Shown: positions 29,324-39,200, counted from the first letter of the stretch. The stretch: DNA of 64,000 nt from Dehalococcoidia bacterium (GCA_963662615.2 CAXXSR010000001.1:1440001-1504000); one strand, 5' to 3'. Program-made: numbers and translations. Notes: a model not told the origin generated them from the letters alone.

Positions 29324-30223
29324 TCAACCCCGCACCGATGGCCACACCTCCCGAAACACCACCTCCAACTGCCGCAAATATTCGTCCACCGCCAACTTGG
29401 CCCCCGGGTCGTAGCTCGGCATCGACACCCCCAGCCGGCTCGCCCCCGCCTCCCGATAGCCCTTGAACGTGGCGATCAGCCCTCCCACGTCCTCCCGCAG
29501 CGGCGTCGTCCACTGGATCGGAAACGCGTCGGCGTCCCGACCGTTCTTGGCGAGGTGCGCCCTGATCCGCCCGACCGACTCCCTCGCCCCCTCGGGGGAG
29601 ACGCGGCTCAGCCCAATCCAGCCGTCCCCCAGCCGCGCCGCCCGCTCCTCCGCCGCCGGCACGGCCCCGCCAAATAGGATCGGCGGCCCCCCCGGCGTCA
29701 CCGGCTTGGGCAACATGCTCATCTCCCGCACCGTCGTGTACCGACCCTCGAAGCGCACCGGCTCCTCCGACCAACACGCCCGCAACACCGCCACCGCCTC
29801 CTCCATCCGCGACGGCCGCTGCCGGAACGGCGTCCCCAACGACTCGAACTCCGCTTCCTGCCAGCCCATCCCCACCCCCAGCCGGAAGCGACCTCCGCTG
29901 AGGATGTCCAGCTCCGCCGCCTGCTTCGCCACCAGCACCGGCTGCCGCTGCGGCAGCACCAGCACGCTCGACGTTAAAATCAGCCGGCTGCTGCACGCGG
30001 CCAGATACGCCAGCGTCGTCAGCACCTCATGTTGGATCGTGGCGCCCACGTACGGCCCCGCCGCCGGCCGCTCCGCCGACTCGTACGCGTACATCACGTG
30101 GTCGGTGGCCGCGATCCAGTCGTAGCCAATCGCCTCCACACCCTGCACCCAATCGCGCAGCTCGCTCACGTCCAGATCCCAGTGCCAGGCCGGAACCTGC
30201 GCCCCCAACTCCATCGACGCCAT
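29324..30223 (-). CDS. LLM-class F420-dependent oxidoreductase
   Basis: DHV, LVLPQRQPVLVAKQAAELDILSGGRFRLGVG.GW..EF, RAARLGDGW. Confidence 0.92.
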   Translation of the reverse strand: MASMELGAQVPAWHWDLDVSELRDWVQGVEAIGYDWIAATDHVMYAYESAERPAAGPYVGATIQHEVLTTLAYLAACSSRLILTSSVLVLPQRQPVLVAKQAAELDILSGGRFRLGVGMGWQEAEFESLGTPFRQRPSRMEEAVAVLRACWSEEPVRFEGRYTTVREMSMLPKPVTPGGPPILFGGAVPAAEERAARLGDGWIGLSRVSPEGARESVGRIRAHLAKNGRDADAFPIQWTTPLREDVGGLIATFKGYREAGASRLGVSMPSYDPGAKLAVDEYLRQLEVVFREVWPSVRG

Positions 30224-30390
30224 CCGCTGCCTTCCCTCCCCTGCCATTCGGCCGCCTCCCCACGGACCGCCCGATGCTACCAGCGCCCCGCCCCGCCCGC
30301 GCCTACCCACGGCGCTGGCCCAGCCGCTATGCTCAATGCGGACCCGTCCTTTGCGGGAAGGACCGGCCACCCCATCACAACGAGGGCGTC

Positions 30391-30660
30391 ATGCAACTCG
30401 ACGAGCGACATGCTGGCGAAGAAGGTGTCATCCGCAGCGATCTCGCGGAAATGATCGACCGCGCATCGACCATGTCGGCCTACGCCTTCAACGCCTTCAA
30501 CGCCTTCAACGCCGTCGGCGACGCCGGCGGCAAAGGCGCCCGTCCCTTCCCCGACGGCCTCGCCGAACGTCTCGCCGAGCAGACCTACATCGACATCCTC
30601 CGCTACTCCCTAGACGAGTGCTCCTGCCCCTGCCATCAGGACCATCCCTCCCAGCCCTAA
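30391..30660 (+). CDS. Small hypothetical protein with C-terminal CxCxCH
   Basis: ORF with host-like codons; 9-bp gccttcaac x3 microrepeat. Confidence 0.4.
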   Translation: MQLDERHAGEEGVIRSDLAEMIDRASTMSAYAFNAFNAFNAVGDAGGKGARPFPDGLAERLAEQTYIDILRYSLDECSCPCHQDHPSQP

Positions 30661-30697
30661 CGGTTCCACCACCACCCCTCGCATCCGCCGCTCCCGC

Positions 30698-30860
30698 TCA
30701 CCCTGACCTGTCCTTCGCGCAGCAGAAGGAGCCTGTCGAAGGGCCTGAGCTTGCCTGTCCTGAGCCCCGCCGAAGGGCGAACCGCAACACCCCCTCTCCC
30801 TCCCCCCCCGATGGAGAGGGGGCCAGAGCCTGTCGTGAGCCTGCCGAACGAGGGTGAGGT
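30698..30860 (+). repeat. Nested cctgag/gtcgaagg repeat cluster plus ccctctcc...ggagaggg hairpin
   Basis: cctgacctgtccttcgcgcagcagaaggagcctgtcgaaggg and related modules. Confidence 0.85.
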
Positions 30861-31241
30861 CTTAACCCCTCACCGACCTCCTCCGTCTTCGTCGCCCGCC
30901 CCATCGCCTCCGTCACCTCCCTCCGCGAGGGCGATCGCATCCAGCCGGCCACCCCAGCACTGACTTTGGATGAAGACTTCCGGGTTTGGCCGGCGGAGGC
31001 CCGCATCGAGCGGCTCCCCGCCGGCGCCGCCTTCGCCGACCTAGTCGAGGTCGTCTACACCCCCCTCGACGACACGGACCGGCGGCGGCGCGTCCTCCTG
31101 GAGCTCGTCCGCCTCGACCTCGCTCAGAGTGGCCGCGCGGCCGAGGCCGTGGGCAGCGACTACCGCTACCGCGGCTTCAACTACACCCAGCACCGCGAAG
31201 CGCTCCTGCGCGAGGTTCGCCCCTTCCTCACCCTGGAGTAG
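30858..31241 (+). pseudogene. Phage head-tail connector-like gene, probably 5'-truncated by the repeat cluster
   Basis: Frame open from 30858 (VARPIASVTSLREG...RRRVLLELVRLDL...YTQHREALL) with no ATG; first gene of the neck block. Confidence 0.55.
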
Positions 31242-31403
31242 CCGCAATCTATCGCGCCCCTCCCCGGCCATTCGCTCTGGGGCGGGCGGGAACAACAAAG
31301 AAAGCAGCCCCGCACCCACCCGTGACGCCCGGCGCGACAGCGCCGCCGACCACCGCCGTCCCCGAGCAGCAGCTGACTGGGGCGGGTGAGCGGGACAAAG
31401 AAC

Positions 31404-31739
31404 ATGATCACCGGCTTAGTTCACCGTTGCACCATCTGGCAGCCGCAGGGCGCCGCCACCGACGCCTACGGCCAGCCGGCGCTAACGGCCTTCGCCCAGA
31501 CCGCCACCGACGTCCGTTGCCGCTTCGATGGCAAGGAGCAGGACGCGCCGCAGTTGCTGGTCACGGCCACGGCCCCAATCGCCCTCAACGATCGCATCAC
31601 CAACGTGCAGGACCGACGCGGCGCCACCATCGATGCCGGCCCCTTCGCCGTCCAGGAGATCGTCGCGCCCACCGGCCGCGCCGAAGTCGCCTACCGGCGC
31701 CTCACGCTCCGCCGCCTCATCTCCATCGATCAGACCTAA
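31404..31739 (+). CDS. Phage head-closure (stopper)-like protein
   Basis: HRCTI....TDAYGQP....DVRCRF; synteny. Confidence 0.65.
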   Translation: MITGLVHRCTIWQPQGAATDAYGQPALTAFAQTATDVRCRFDGKEQDAPQLLVTATAPIALNDRITNVQDRRGATIDAGPFAVQEIVAPTGRAEVAYRRLTLRRLISIDQT

Positions 31740-31749
31740 CGCCCCCACC

Positions 31750-32000
31750 GCGGACACTCCCGCTTCCCGATGACGACGACTACGCAAGCATCCCCTGCGG
31801 GAGCGAGATCGAAAAAGACGAAGGCCTGCCCGAACCCTCGGGGCGGACGCTCCCGCCCCCGATGACGACGACCACGCAGGCACCCCCTGCGGGAGCGAGA
31901 ACGAAAAAGACGAAGGCCTGCCCGAACCCTCGGGGCGGACGCTCCCGCCCCCGATGACGACGACTACGCAGGGACCCCCTGCGGGAGCGAGAACAAAAAA
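31750..32000 (+). repeat. 92-bp tandem array (about 2.7 copies) with cgctcccgc...gcgggagcg hairpin
   Basis: atgacgacg at 31770, 31862 and 31954; array ends at ATG 32001. Confidence 0.9.
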
Positions 32001-32345
32001 ATGACGACGCTGCGCCTCACACGCTGGCATCCCCAGCCCGCCGTCCAGCTCGTCCGTCGCCGCAGCGACGCCTGGCTCGGCGCCTCCGCCGACCTCGCCG
32101 CCGCCGACGCCCGCGACCGTGCGCCCGTGCGCACCGGCCGCCTCCGCCGCTCCATCGTCGCGCTCCCCCTGCGTCGGCCCGACGGTCGAGCGCGCAGCGG
32201 CGTCTGGGCCCGCGCCCCCTACGCCCTCTGGGTCGAGATCGGCACTCGCCGCATGCGCGCCCAGCCCTACCTCCGGCCCGCCCTCGACGCCGTCCGCGGC
32301 GCCGCCAACACCCTCGTCGCCCTCGCCCGAATCGGTGTGAACTGA
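32001..32345 (+). CDS. HK97 gp10-family phage protein
   Basis: APVRTGRLRRSI, YALWVEIGTRRMRAQPYLRPA. Confidence 0.9.
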   Translation: MTTLRLTRWHPQPAVQLVRRRSDAWLGASADLAAADARDRAPVRTGRLRRSIVALPLRRPDGRARSGVWARAPYALWVEIGTRRMRAQPYLRPALDAVRGAANTLVALARIGVN

Positions 32346-32789
32346 ATGACCCTCCCCCTCGACCCCCTCGAAGCGCTCCTCACCCACCTCCGCGCCGACG
32401 CCGACTTGGCCGCCCTCGTGGACACGCGCATCTACGGCGGCCACCGGCCCGAGATCGCCGGATCGGCCGGCAGCGGCGCCGCCCTCAGCGCCGCCCTGGC
32501 CGACGGATCCGCCCACCCCGACCTCCCCCTCGCCGATGTCCTCGTCGACGTCCGCTGCTGGGGTGGCGTCGGGCCGGACGGGCCCAACCGCGCCGTCGCC
32601 ATCTGGCGCGCCCTCCACGGCGCCCTCAACGTCAGCCACAGCGCCGTCACCGTCTCCGGCGGCAGCGCCCACCTGCTCTGGGCCCTCGAGGATCTGGGCC
32701 CCGCCCTCCTCCGTGACCCCGATACCGGCGAGGCCTTCGTGCGCAGCACCGCTCGCGTCGCCACCGCCAACGCCGCCCTGCCCGCCTAG
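32346..32789 (+). CDS. Tail terminator/completion protein (DUF3168-like)
   Basis: L.ADADLAALVDTRIY, VDVRCWG; synteny. Confidence 0.7.
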   Translation: MTLPLDPLEALLTHLRADADLAALVDTRIYGGHRPEIAGSAGSGAALSAALADGSAHPDLPLADVLVDVRCWGGVGPDGPNRAVAIWRALHGALNVSHSAVTVSGGSAHLLWALEDLGPALLRDPDTGEAFVRSTARVATANAALPA

Positions 32790-32848
32790 CCCCACGTCGG
32801 CTCCGATCACGTCGATGGACGAACGCCAAAAGAAACGAGCATGAAGCA

Positions 32849-33403
32849 ATGGTGAAACTCCTGGTCGGCTCCGGCCGCCTCTACGCCCACGCCGAGGGCA
32901 CCGCCATGCCCGCCACCAACGTCGACCCCACCACCGCCGGCTGGATCGATCTCGGCGCCATCGACGGCGGCGTCAGCGCCGAGCGTGAGCAAACGCTCGA
33001 AGAGCACTTCGTCGACCATGAGACCGGCCCCGTCGACGTCAGCCGCGCCGCCGAATCGCTCCTGATCGAAACCAACCTCGCCGAGCCCACCCTCACCAAT
33101 CTGGGCAAGGTGCTCAACAACCTCACCCCCACCACCGACGTCGGCCCCCCCGCCACCGAGACGCTCGCCGGCTATCGCGGCGCCACCGTCGCCAAGCAGG
33201 CGCTCCTCTTCCGCGGCGGCTCGCCGGAGGGCCCCGCCAAGATCGGCCAAACCTACATCCCGCGCGGCTACTTCGCCGGCGACCTCGGCCTCGCGCACCG
33301 CAAGGACGAACAGACCCTGATCCCGGTCGAGTTCCGCGCCCTCGTCGATGAAAACGCCGCCACCGACGCCGAACGCTTCGGCGTCACCGTCTACGAAACC
33401 TAA
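32849..33403 (+). CDS. Major tail tube protein
   Basis: GSGRLY, WIDLGAIDGGV, LAEPTL.NL, IPVEFRAL; position after the terminator. Confidence 0.75.
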   Translation: MVKLLVGSGRLYAHAEGTAMPATNVDPTTAGWIDLGAIDGGVSAEREQTLEEHFVDHETGPVDVSRAAESLLIETNLAEPTLTNLGKVLNNLTPTTDVGPPATETLAGYRGATVAKQALLFRGGSPEGPAKIGQTYIPRGYFAGDLGLAHRKDEQTLIPVEFRALVDENAATDAERFGVTVYET

Positions 33404-33830
33404 CGTGCGCCGCTTCCGCACCCTCCAGCCATCAATGCTCCCCGCACCCGCAGCGGAAGCGTGGTGAAAAAAACGTGCGCCGCTTCCGCACCCTCCAGCG
33501 ATCGATGCCCGCCCGCACCCGCAGCGGAAGCGTGGTGAAAAAAACGTGCGCCGCTTCCGCACCCTCCAGCGATCGATGCCCGCCCGCACCCGCAGCGGAA
33601 GCGTGGTGAAAAAAACGTGCGCCGCTTCCGCTCCCTCCAGCGATCGATGCCCGCCCGCACCCGCAGCGGAAGCGTGGTGAAAAAAACGTGCGCCGCTTCC
33701 GCACCCTCCAGCGATCGATGCTCACCCGCACCCGCAGCGGAAGCGTGGTGAAAAAAACGTGCGCCGCTTCCGCACCCTCCAGATCGATGCCCGCCCGCAC
33801 CCGCAGCGGAAGCGCGGCGAAAAAAACGCC
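33402..33830 (+). repeat. 71-bp tandem array (6 copies) with cgcttccgc...gcggaagcg hairpin and A7 tract
   Basis: aacgtgcgcc at 33402, 33472, 33543, 33614, 33685 and 33756. Confidence 0.95.
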
Positions 33831-33845
33831 TTGCTAGCAGCAGAG

Positions 33846-34448
33846 ATGAAGAGCATGCCCCAGCCCACGCGGAACGCGCACGCTTCCGGCCACCCACACG
33901 ACCGTGACGTCCCACCCGCCCCAGCGGAAGCGCCGTTGAAATACCTCCTCGACCTCGACGCCGGACGCCTCCCCCGTCTCACCGTCCGCCTCGACGACCG
34001 CGACGTGCGCCTGCGCGAGCCCGAGAGCCTCGCCCTCACCGAGGCGCTCCGCTTGGGCGAACTCCTCCGCACCCTCGCCCACGACTCCACCTCGCCGCAG
34101 CAGTTCGACGCCACCGCCGCCGAGATCGTGACCCTCATCGCGCCCCAGCTCGCGCCCCCCACGGAAGCCGCCACCAACGACCGCGCTTCCACTGTCCAAG
34201 CCGCCACGCGCACCTCCGCACCACCGGCCGACGCGATAGCAAAGAACCCGGGGATCGCCAGGCGCATCGTCGCCTTCTACGCCGAGCACCTCGCCCGCGC
34301 CGTCGAGGCCCTGAGCGACGACGGCGGTGCACCCCCTTTTTCGATGCCTCCCACGCCGGCATCGCCTGCGCCCGCGTCGCCGCCCGCTACCGCGTCGCCA
34401 TCCGCGAGCAACTCGCCATGCCAATCGCCGAATGGGCCTGCTACGTGA
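33846..34448 (+). CDS. Tail assembly chaperone (gpG-like)
   Basis: Lies between tube and TMP; contains in-frame slippery C CCT TTT at 34334-34340. Confidence 0.7.
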   Translation: MKSMPQPTRNAHASGHPHDRDVPPAPAEAPLKYLLDLDAGRLPRLTVRLDDRDVRLREPESLALTEALRLGELLRTLAHDSTSPQQFDATAAEIVTLIAPQLAPPTEAATNDRASTVQAATRTSAPPADAIAKNPGIARRIVAFYAEHLARAVEALSDDGGAPPFSMPPTPASPAPASPPATASPSASNSPCQSPNGPAT

Positions 34449-34654
34449 CCGCCCTCCCCCGCCTCGACGCCAAGCAGACCCTCCGCGATGCCGAAGCCGC
34501 CGCGCTCCCCTGGATTACCCCGCGCGACCGCCGCCGCACCGCCGCGCGCTTGCGCGCGCTCGCCGCCATTGATCACCAACCCGTCCCTGGCCCCCTCCAG
34601 GGCATGGCCGTCCGCCACGTCCCCTCGGACCGCAGCCCAAGGAGCCCAGCGTGA
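34334..34654 (+). CDS. Tail assembly chaperone gpGT extension (-1 frameshift frame)
   Basis: -1 frame is open from the slippery site (FDASHAGIACARVAARY...MPIAEW) to TGA overlapping the TMP start. Confidence 0.7.
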   Translation, partial: PFFDASHAGIACARVAARYRVAIREQLAMPIAEWACYVTALPRLDAKQTLRDAEAAALPWITPRDRRRTAARLRALAAIDHQPVPGPLQGMAVRHVPSDRSPRSPA

Positions 34655-35298
34655 CAACAGAGATCGCCGACGCCGTCCTCACCCTCCGCACCGACGACGC
34701 CCCCCTGCGCGCCGGCCTGGACCGCGCCGAGCGCCGCATCCGCGACGCGCTCCGGCGCATGGAGAGCGCCGTCAACCAGACCGCCGCCAACGTCGACGGC
34801 GACGGAGGCGCCTCCGTCAGCACCGCCGTTGCCGCCCTCACCGGCCTCAGCTTCGCCCTGGCCCTCACCACCACCACCAGCGTCATCGCCGCCGCTGCTA
34901 TGCCCGCCCTCGCCGGCGCCGTCGGCACTCTCGGCGTCACCAGCCTCAGCGCCGCCGTACAGATTCGCCTCGCCGTCTCCATCATTCGCCGCGCCGCCGA
35001 CGCCCTCATGGCGCAGGCGCGCGCGGCCGCCCTGGCCGCCGCCCTGGCCACAGCTAAAGCCACCGCGGAAGCCACGCCGCCCAGCTTTCCGATCCCGCCC
35101 CAACCACCACTCGCCGCGGCCTCCGGCCTCCCCATCGCCGCCCGATCGCCGGCCCTCCCCGCCCGCCCCAACGGACCCCTGGTCGGCGCCCTCTACGTCA
35201 CCGTGGAGCGGGAGAACCCGCGCGCCATCCAAGCCGGCGTCACTCTCGCCCTTACCGAACTCGCCCAGCGGGCCGACCTCGCCGGCGCCCTCGACTGA
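34651..35298 (+). CDS. Short tape-measure protein (215 aa)
   Basis: EIADAVLTLRTDD..LRAGLDRAE N-terminus, Ala-rich helices; position after chaperones and before Dit. Confidence 0.7.
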   Translation: MTTEIADAVLTLRTDDAPLRAGLDRAERRIRDALRRMESAVNQTAANVDGDGGASVSTAVAALTGLSFALALTTTTSVIAAAAMPALAGAVGTLGVTSLSAAVQIRLAVSIIRRAADALMAQARAAALAAALATAKATAEATPPSFPIPPQPPLAAASGLPIAARSPALPARPNGPLVGALYVTVERENPRAIQAGVTLALTELAQRADLAGALD

Positions 35299-35512
35299 CG
35301 ACCACCACCGCGCACCCCGATCCCCTGAGGGCGGGTGGGTGGGATAAAGAAAAGGGGGCGGGGCGGCGAACGCCGCCGCCATCGCCCAGATCATCAAGCC
35401 TGGGCGAGCGACGACCACCAACGCGGCGCGCACCCGGATCCACCGCGAGCGCGCGGAAGAAACCAGCTCCTCCCGCGCCCATCGACGGGCGACCGAGCAT
35501 TGAGAAAAACCC

Positions 35513-36396
35513 ATGACCGTCACCTGGACCCCGGCCGGCAGCGCCGCCACCGCCATCCACCAGGACCCACGTTGGGCGCTGCTGGGCATGGGCGGGCACG
35601 GCGCCCCCGACACCCAGATCCAGACCGTCGGCTCCCCCGACCGCGACGAGCAGCTGCCCCTGCACGCGCCCGCCCAGCCCCGCCTCATCACCCTCACCTT
35701 CCGCATCCACGGCGCCACCCTCGCCGCCCTCTTCGCCCCCTGGCGCGACACCGGCCTGCGCGCCCAACCCGGTACCCTCACCGTCACCCTCGCCGACGGC
35801 CGCACCCGCGCCCTCCGCGCCTTTCCCCGCCAGGGGCTGGCCTGGGCCGCTGGTCGCCAGCGCGGCAGCCACACCGTCGAATCTCTCCTCCTGGAAGCGC
35901 CCGACCCTTTCTGGTTCGACCCCACCGTCATCAGCGGCAGCGCTACCGTGCAGGCGCCCGGCCGCCTCCGCTTCACGCCGTGGACGAACTCGGTTTCCCC
36001 GCCGGCTTCGGCAGCGACCTCCCCAGCGCCACCGCCACCCTCAACAACCCCGGCAGCGTCCGCTCTTTTCCCGTCTTCACCGTCGCCGGCCCCGTCGTCA
36101 ATCCCAGCATGCGGCTCGGCGCCAGCGGCCACGTCGTCGCCTTCGCCCTCACCGTCCCCGCCGGCCTCACCCTTCGTGTCATCTGCGGCGCCCAGCCCGA
36201 CGGCAGCGCCGACGCCCCCACCGCCGTCCTCATCGACGACCTCGGCGGCCAGACCGCCACCCTCGGCGCTCTGCGCAGCGGCTCCCGCTTCTGGGCGCTC
36301 GGCCCCGGCGACAACACCGTCATCTTCGCCCAGGACAGCCCCGGCAGCGGCACCGTCGCCCAGCACCAGTTCTTTTCCCGTGAAGTCGCCATCTAG
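35513..36396 (+). pseudogene. Distal tail protein (Dit/Sipho_tail-like) with a single frameshift near 35975
   Basis: PRLITL..., LEAPDPFWF in the first frame; NNPG....PVFTVAGPVVNP and FWALGPGDNTV in the second frame. Confidence 0.75.
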
Positions 36397-36620
36397 CGCG
36401 ACCGCCATCGGAGTTCACATGACGCACGCGCCCTTCCCAGCCGGCCCACCCCGTCGTCCGAGCGCCCGCGATTTCGCTCCCACGAATCGCCGTCCCCTCG
36501 CGGACCCCCCGCGAAAGCGAGCACCCCTCCCAGCCGGCGCGGCACGTCTTCGAAGCGATCACGCTTCCGCTCGCCCAAGCGTCCGAGCAGTCCCACAGCC
36601 CCAACGGAAGCGAGCACAAA

Positions 36621-37967
36621 ATGGCTGAGGAATCCTTCCCCTTCCAGGAACTCGCCGAGGGCGACCGCACCGTCAGCGCCGCCATGTTCGCCAAGCACCT
36701 CGGCGGGATACGGGCGCGCGGCGTGAACTTTGGCGTCGACAATCAACTGCAGGTCACGGAGTCCAGCCCCCAAGCGATGAGCGTCGACACCGGCGCCGCG
36801 TTCGTGGGCCTCACCGAGCAACGCGCCTACCGCAACACGCTCTCGCGGACGGTGCCCATCGCCGCCGCCGACCCCACCGACCCCCGCCACGACCTCGTCG
36901 TGCTGGACATGGACACGGCCAGCGGCGTGCGGACCGTCACGGCGAAGATCGTCCAGGGCACGCCCGCCGCCTCCCCCCTCGACCCCGCCCTGACCCAGAC
37001 CGAGGTGCATTACCAGCTGGCCATCGCCCGCGTGGTCGTGCCGGCGGCGGCGGTCAACATCAAGAACGCCGACATCGCGGACCTGCGCACCTTCAGCACA
37101 CCGCGGAACTTCCCCCAAGCGGTGGAGGTCAACACCTTCCGCCACCAGATCATCCGTACCGGCACGATCGCCAACGGCGACCTCAGCGCCTGCTCCTTCG
37201 AGTTCGACCAGAACAACGGTCCCGTCGCGGATAGCGCCCGACTTTGGTACGGCTCCATCGAGACCACCGGCTGGCAGATCGGCCGCTACAAACGGGACCT
37301 GGTGACAGACGAGTGGTACTGGCCCGGCACTGCCGCCGACACCGACACCCAGACATCGGAAACGAACTGGGTGCAAGGGCAGGGCTGCTTCCAGCACATG
37401 ATCATCAGCGCGACCGAGTACGTGTTCATCTTCGCGATCCGGAACGCTACGCCGCCCTACAACATCGTGGGCCGACGCCTCGATGCCGACACCCTCAGCA
37501 ACACCCCCGTGACGTTGGGGATGACCGGGTTCAACACGCACCAGAGCGAAACATTGTATTCCTTCTTCGACGGCACCTTCCTCTGGATTTACGCTGCGGG
37601 CACGACGCGGACCGTCTACAAGTGCAGTTTCACCGCGACCTCCGTGACCGTCGTGACCAGCTTCACACCCTCCGAGGGACTGACCCTCTTCTTCACGGAT
37701 GGCAGCAACAAGGTCTGGGGCTTCGAGCCCGGAAGCCCTGGTAGCGTTTCCCAACCGCGCGAGGTCCACGAGTACGACTTCGCCGGGGTATTGCAGCAAA
37801 CGCAGCCGTGGTCGCCCGGCATTGGCGTCGATGCCGGTGCCAGCACGCAGGGGCAGATTGGGCGCTTGGGCAACCGCTACTGCATCGCTTCCGGCCTTTC
37901 CGGCTCGGCGCGAATCTCCCCCATTGGTACGGACGTGAACGACATCTTCGGAAATCTGGTGAGCTGA
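36621..37967 (+). CDS. Minor tail/fibre (putative receptor-binding) protein
   Basis: N-terminal SFPF, VDTGAAFV, ADPTDPRHDLVVL, GTPAASP.DP.L, LAIARV, DLR baseplate-anchoring-type module; beta-rich C-terminus. Confidence 0.7.
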   Translation: MAEESFPFQELAEGDRTVSAAMFAKHLGGIRARGVNFGVDNQLQVTESSPQAMSVDTGAAFVGLTEQRAYRNTLSRTVPIAAADPTDPRHDLVVLDMDTASGVRTVTAKIVQGTPAASPLDPALTQTEVHYQLAIARVVVPAAAVNIKNADIADLRTFSTPRNFPQAVEVNTFRHQIIRTGTIANGDLSACSFEFDQNNGPVADSARLWYGSIETTGWQIGRYKRDLVTDEWYWPGTAADTDTQTSETNWVQGQGCFQHMIISATEYVFIFAIRNATPPYNIVGRRLDADTLSNTPVTLGMTGFNTHQSETLYSFFDGTFLWIYAAGTTRTVYKCSFTATSVTVVTSFTPSEGLTLFFTDGSNKVWGFEPGSPGSVSQPREVHEYDFAGVLQQTQPWSPGIGVDAGASTQGQIGRLGNRYCIASGLSGSARISPIGTDVNDIFGNLVS

Positions 37968-38356
37968 TGCGCTTTTTCAAGATCGACCGATCCAAGGGCC
38001 CGAACGGCGTCTGGAGTCATGGGCCCTTCCTGAGCCGCGCCCGCGCTCACGTCCACGGCCCCATTGGCGCCCCCGACCGCGACCGACTCACCGTCGTGGC
38101 GCAGCTCGATGACGGGGATGTGCCCGTCCCTCTCCCGACGGGCCTGACGGAGCTCGCCGATCAGGCCGCCTACGACGCGGAAGCGACCGTGCTGCTGGCC
38201 GCGCGTCCGGCCCCGCCGCCGGACCTAGACGGGCAGGAGCTGGAACGCATCACTGCGATCTTGGCCAAGACGGACATCGCCGTGACGGACGCCGAGCTGA
38301 AGGAGGTCGCGCTCGCCGCCCTCCGTCGTCTCGCCACGGGCAAAGGCCTGGCCTAG
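37967..38356 (+). CDS. Small protein coupled to the fibre gene (fibre chaperone-like)
   Basis: TGATG overlap, 129 aa. Confidence 0.5.
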   Translation: MRFFKIDRSKGPNGVWSHGPFLSRARAHVHGPIGAPDRDRLTVVAQLDDGDVPVPLPTGLTELADQAAYDAEATVLLAARPAPPPDLDGQELERITAILAKTDIAVTDAELKEVALAALRRLATGKGLA

Positions 38357-38399
38357 AGCATGGTGACCGAGCATGAAGATCATTACTCCCGCCGCGGCG

Positions 38400-39200
38400 C
38401 CTCGAGCCCGCAGCCCATCCAGGGCGGGTGGGCGGGCGCACCACAGAACGCAGCGCCGCGCCATCCCCAACCCACCGCGCGACAGCGCGCCCCGTAGCCC
38501 CCGCGCAGCGACCCTCGGGCAGTGGCGCGGCCGGTGCCTAGTCGCCAACCAGCAACCTTCCGGGGTGGGTGGGCGGGAGAAACAAAGAACGCAACGCCGC
38601 GCCATCCCCCAACACCCGGCGCGACAGCGCCCACCCCACTGGCCCGGCCGGGCGGGAACAACACAGAAAGCAGCACCGCGCCATCCCCCAACACCCGGCG
38701 CGACAGCGCGTTCCGCAGCCCCCGCCCCGGCCATTCGCTCGGGGGGCGGGCGGGCAGGAACAAAACAGAAAGCAGCCCCGCCACCATCCCTCAGGCCCGG
38801 CGCGACAGCGCCCACCCCACTGGCCCGGCCGGGCGGGAACAACACAGAACGCCGCGCCATCCCCCAACCCACCGCGCGACAGCGCGTTCCGCAGCCCCCG
38901 CCCCGGCCATTCGCTCGGGGGGCGGGCGGACAGGAACAAAACAGAAAACAGCCCCGCCACCATCCCTCAGGCCCGGCGCGACAGCGCCCACCCCACTGGC
39001 CCGGCCGGGCGGGAACAACACAGAACGCCGCGCCATCCCCCAACACCCGGCGCGACAGCCTCCAACCCACCGCGCGACAGCGCCCCCCGCAGCCCCCGCG
39101 CAGCGACCCTCGGGCAGTGGCGCGGCCGGCGCCCACTCGCCAACCAGCAACCTGCCGGTGTGGGCGGGCGGGACGACAACAACGGCCCCAGCCGTGCCCC
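38400..39200 (+). repeat. Mosaic array of ~85-95-bp alternating modules (ggcgcgacagcg...gggcgggaacaacacagaa), period about 180 bp
   Basis: ggcgcgacagcgcccaccccactggcccggccgggcgggaacaacacagaa three times; related copy at 31255-31345. Confidence 0.9.

Noticed and set aside
33402-33830. CRISPR array (also considered for 6031-6262, 21433-22033, 31750-32000 and 54803-55122)
   Set aside because: Units are repeated in full without unique spacers, and no cas gene is recognisable
36621-39200. Diversity-generating retroelement acting on the fibre gene
   Set aside because: No reverse transcriptase and no template/variable repeat pair differing at adenines was seen
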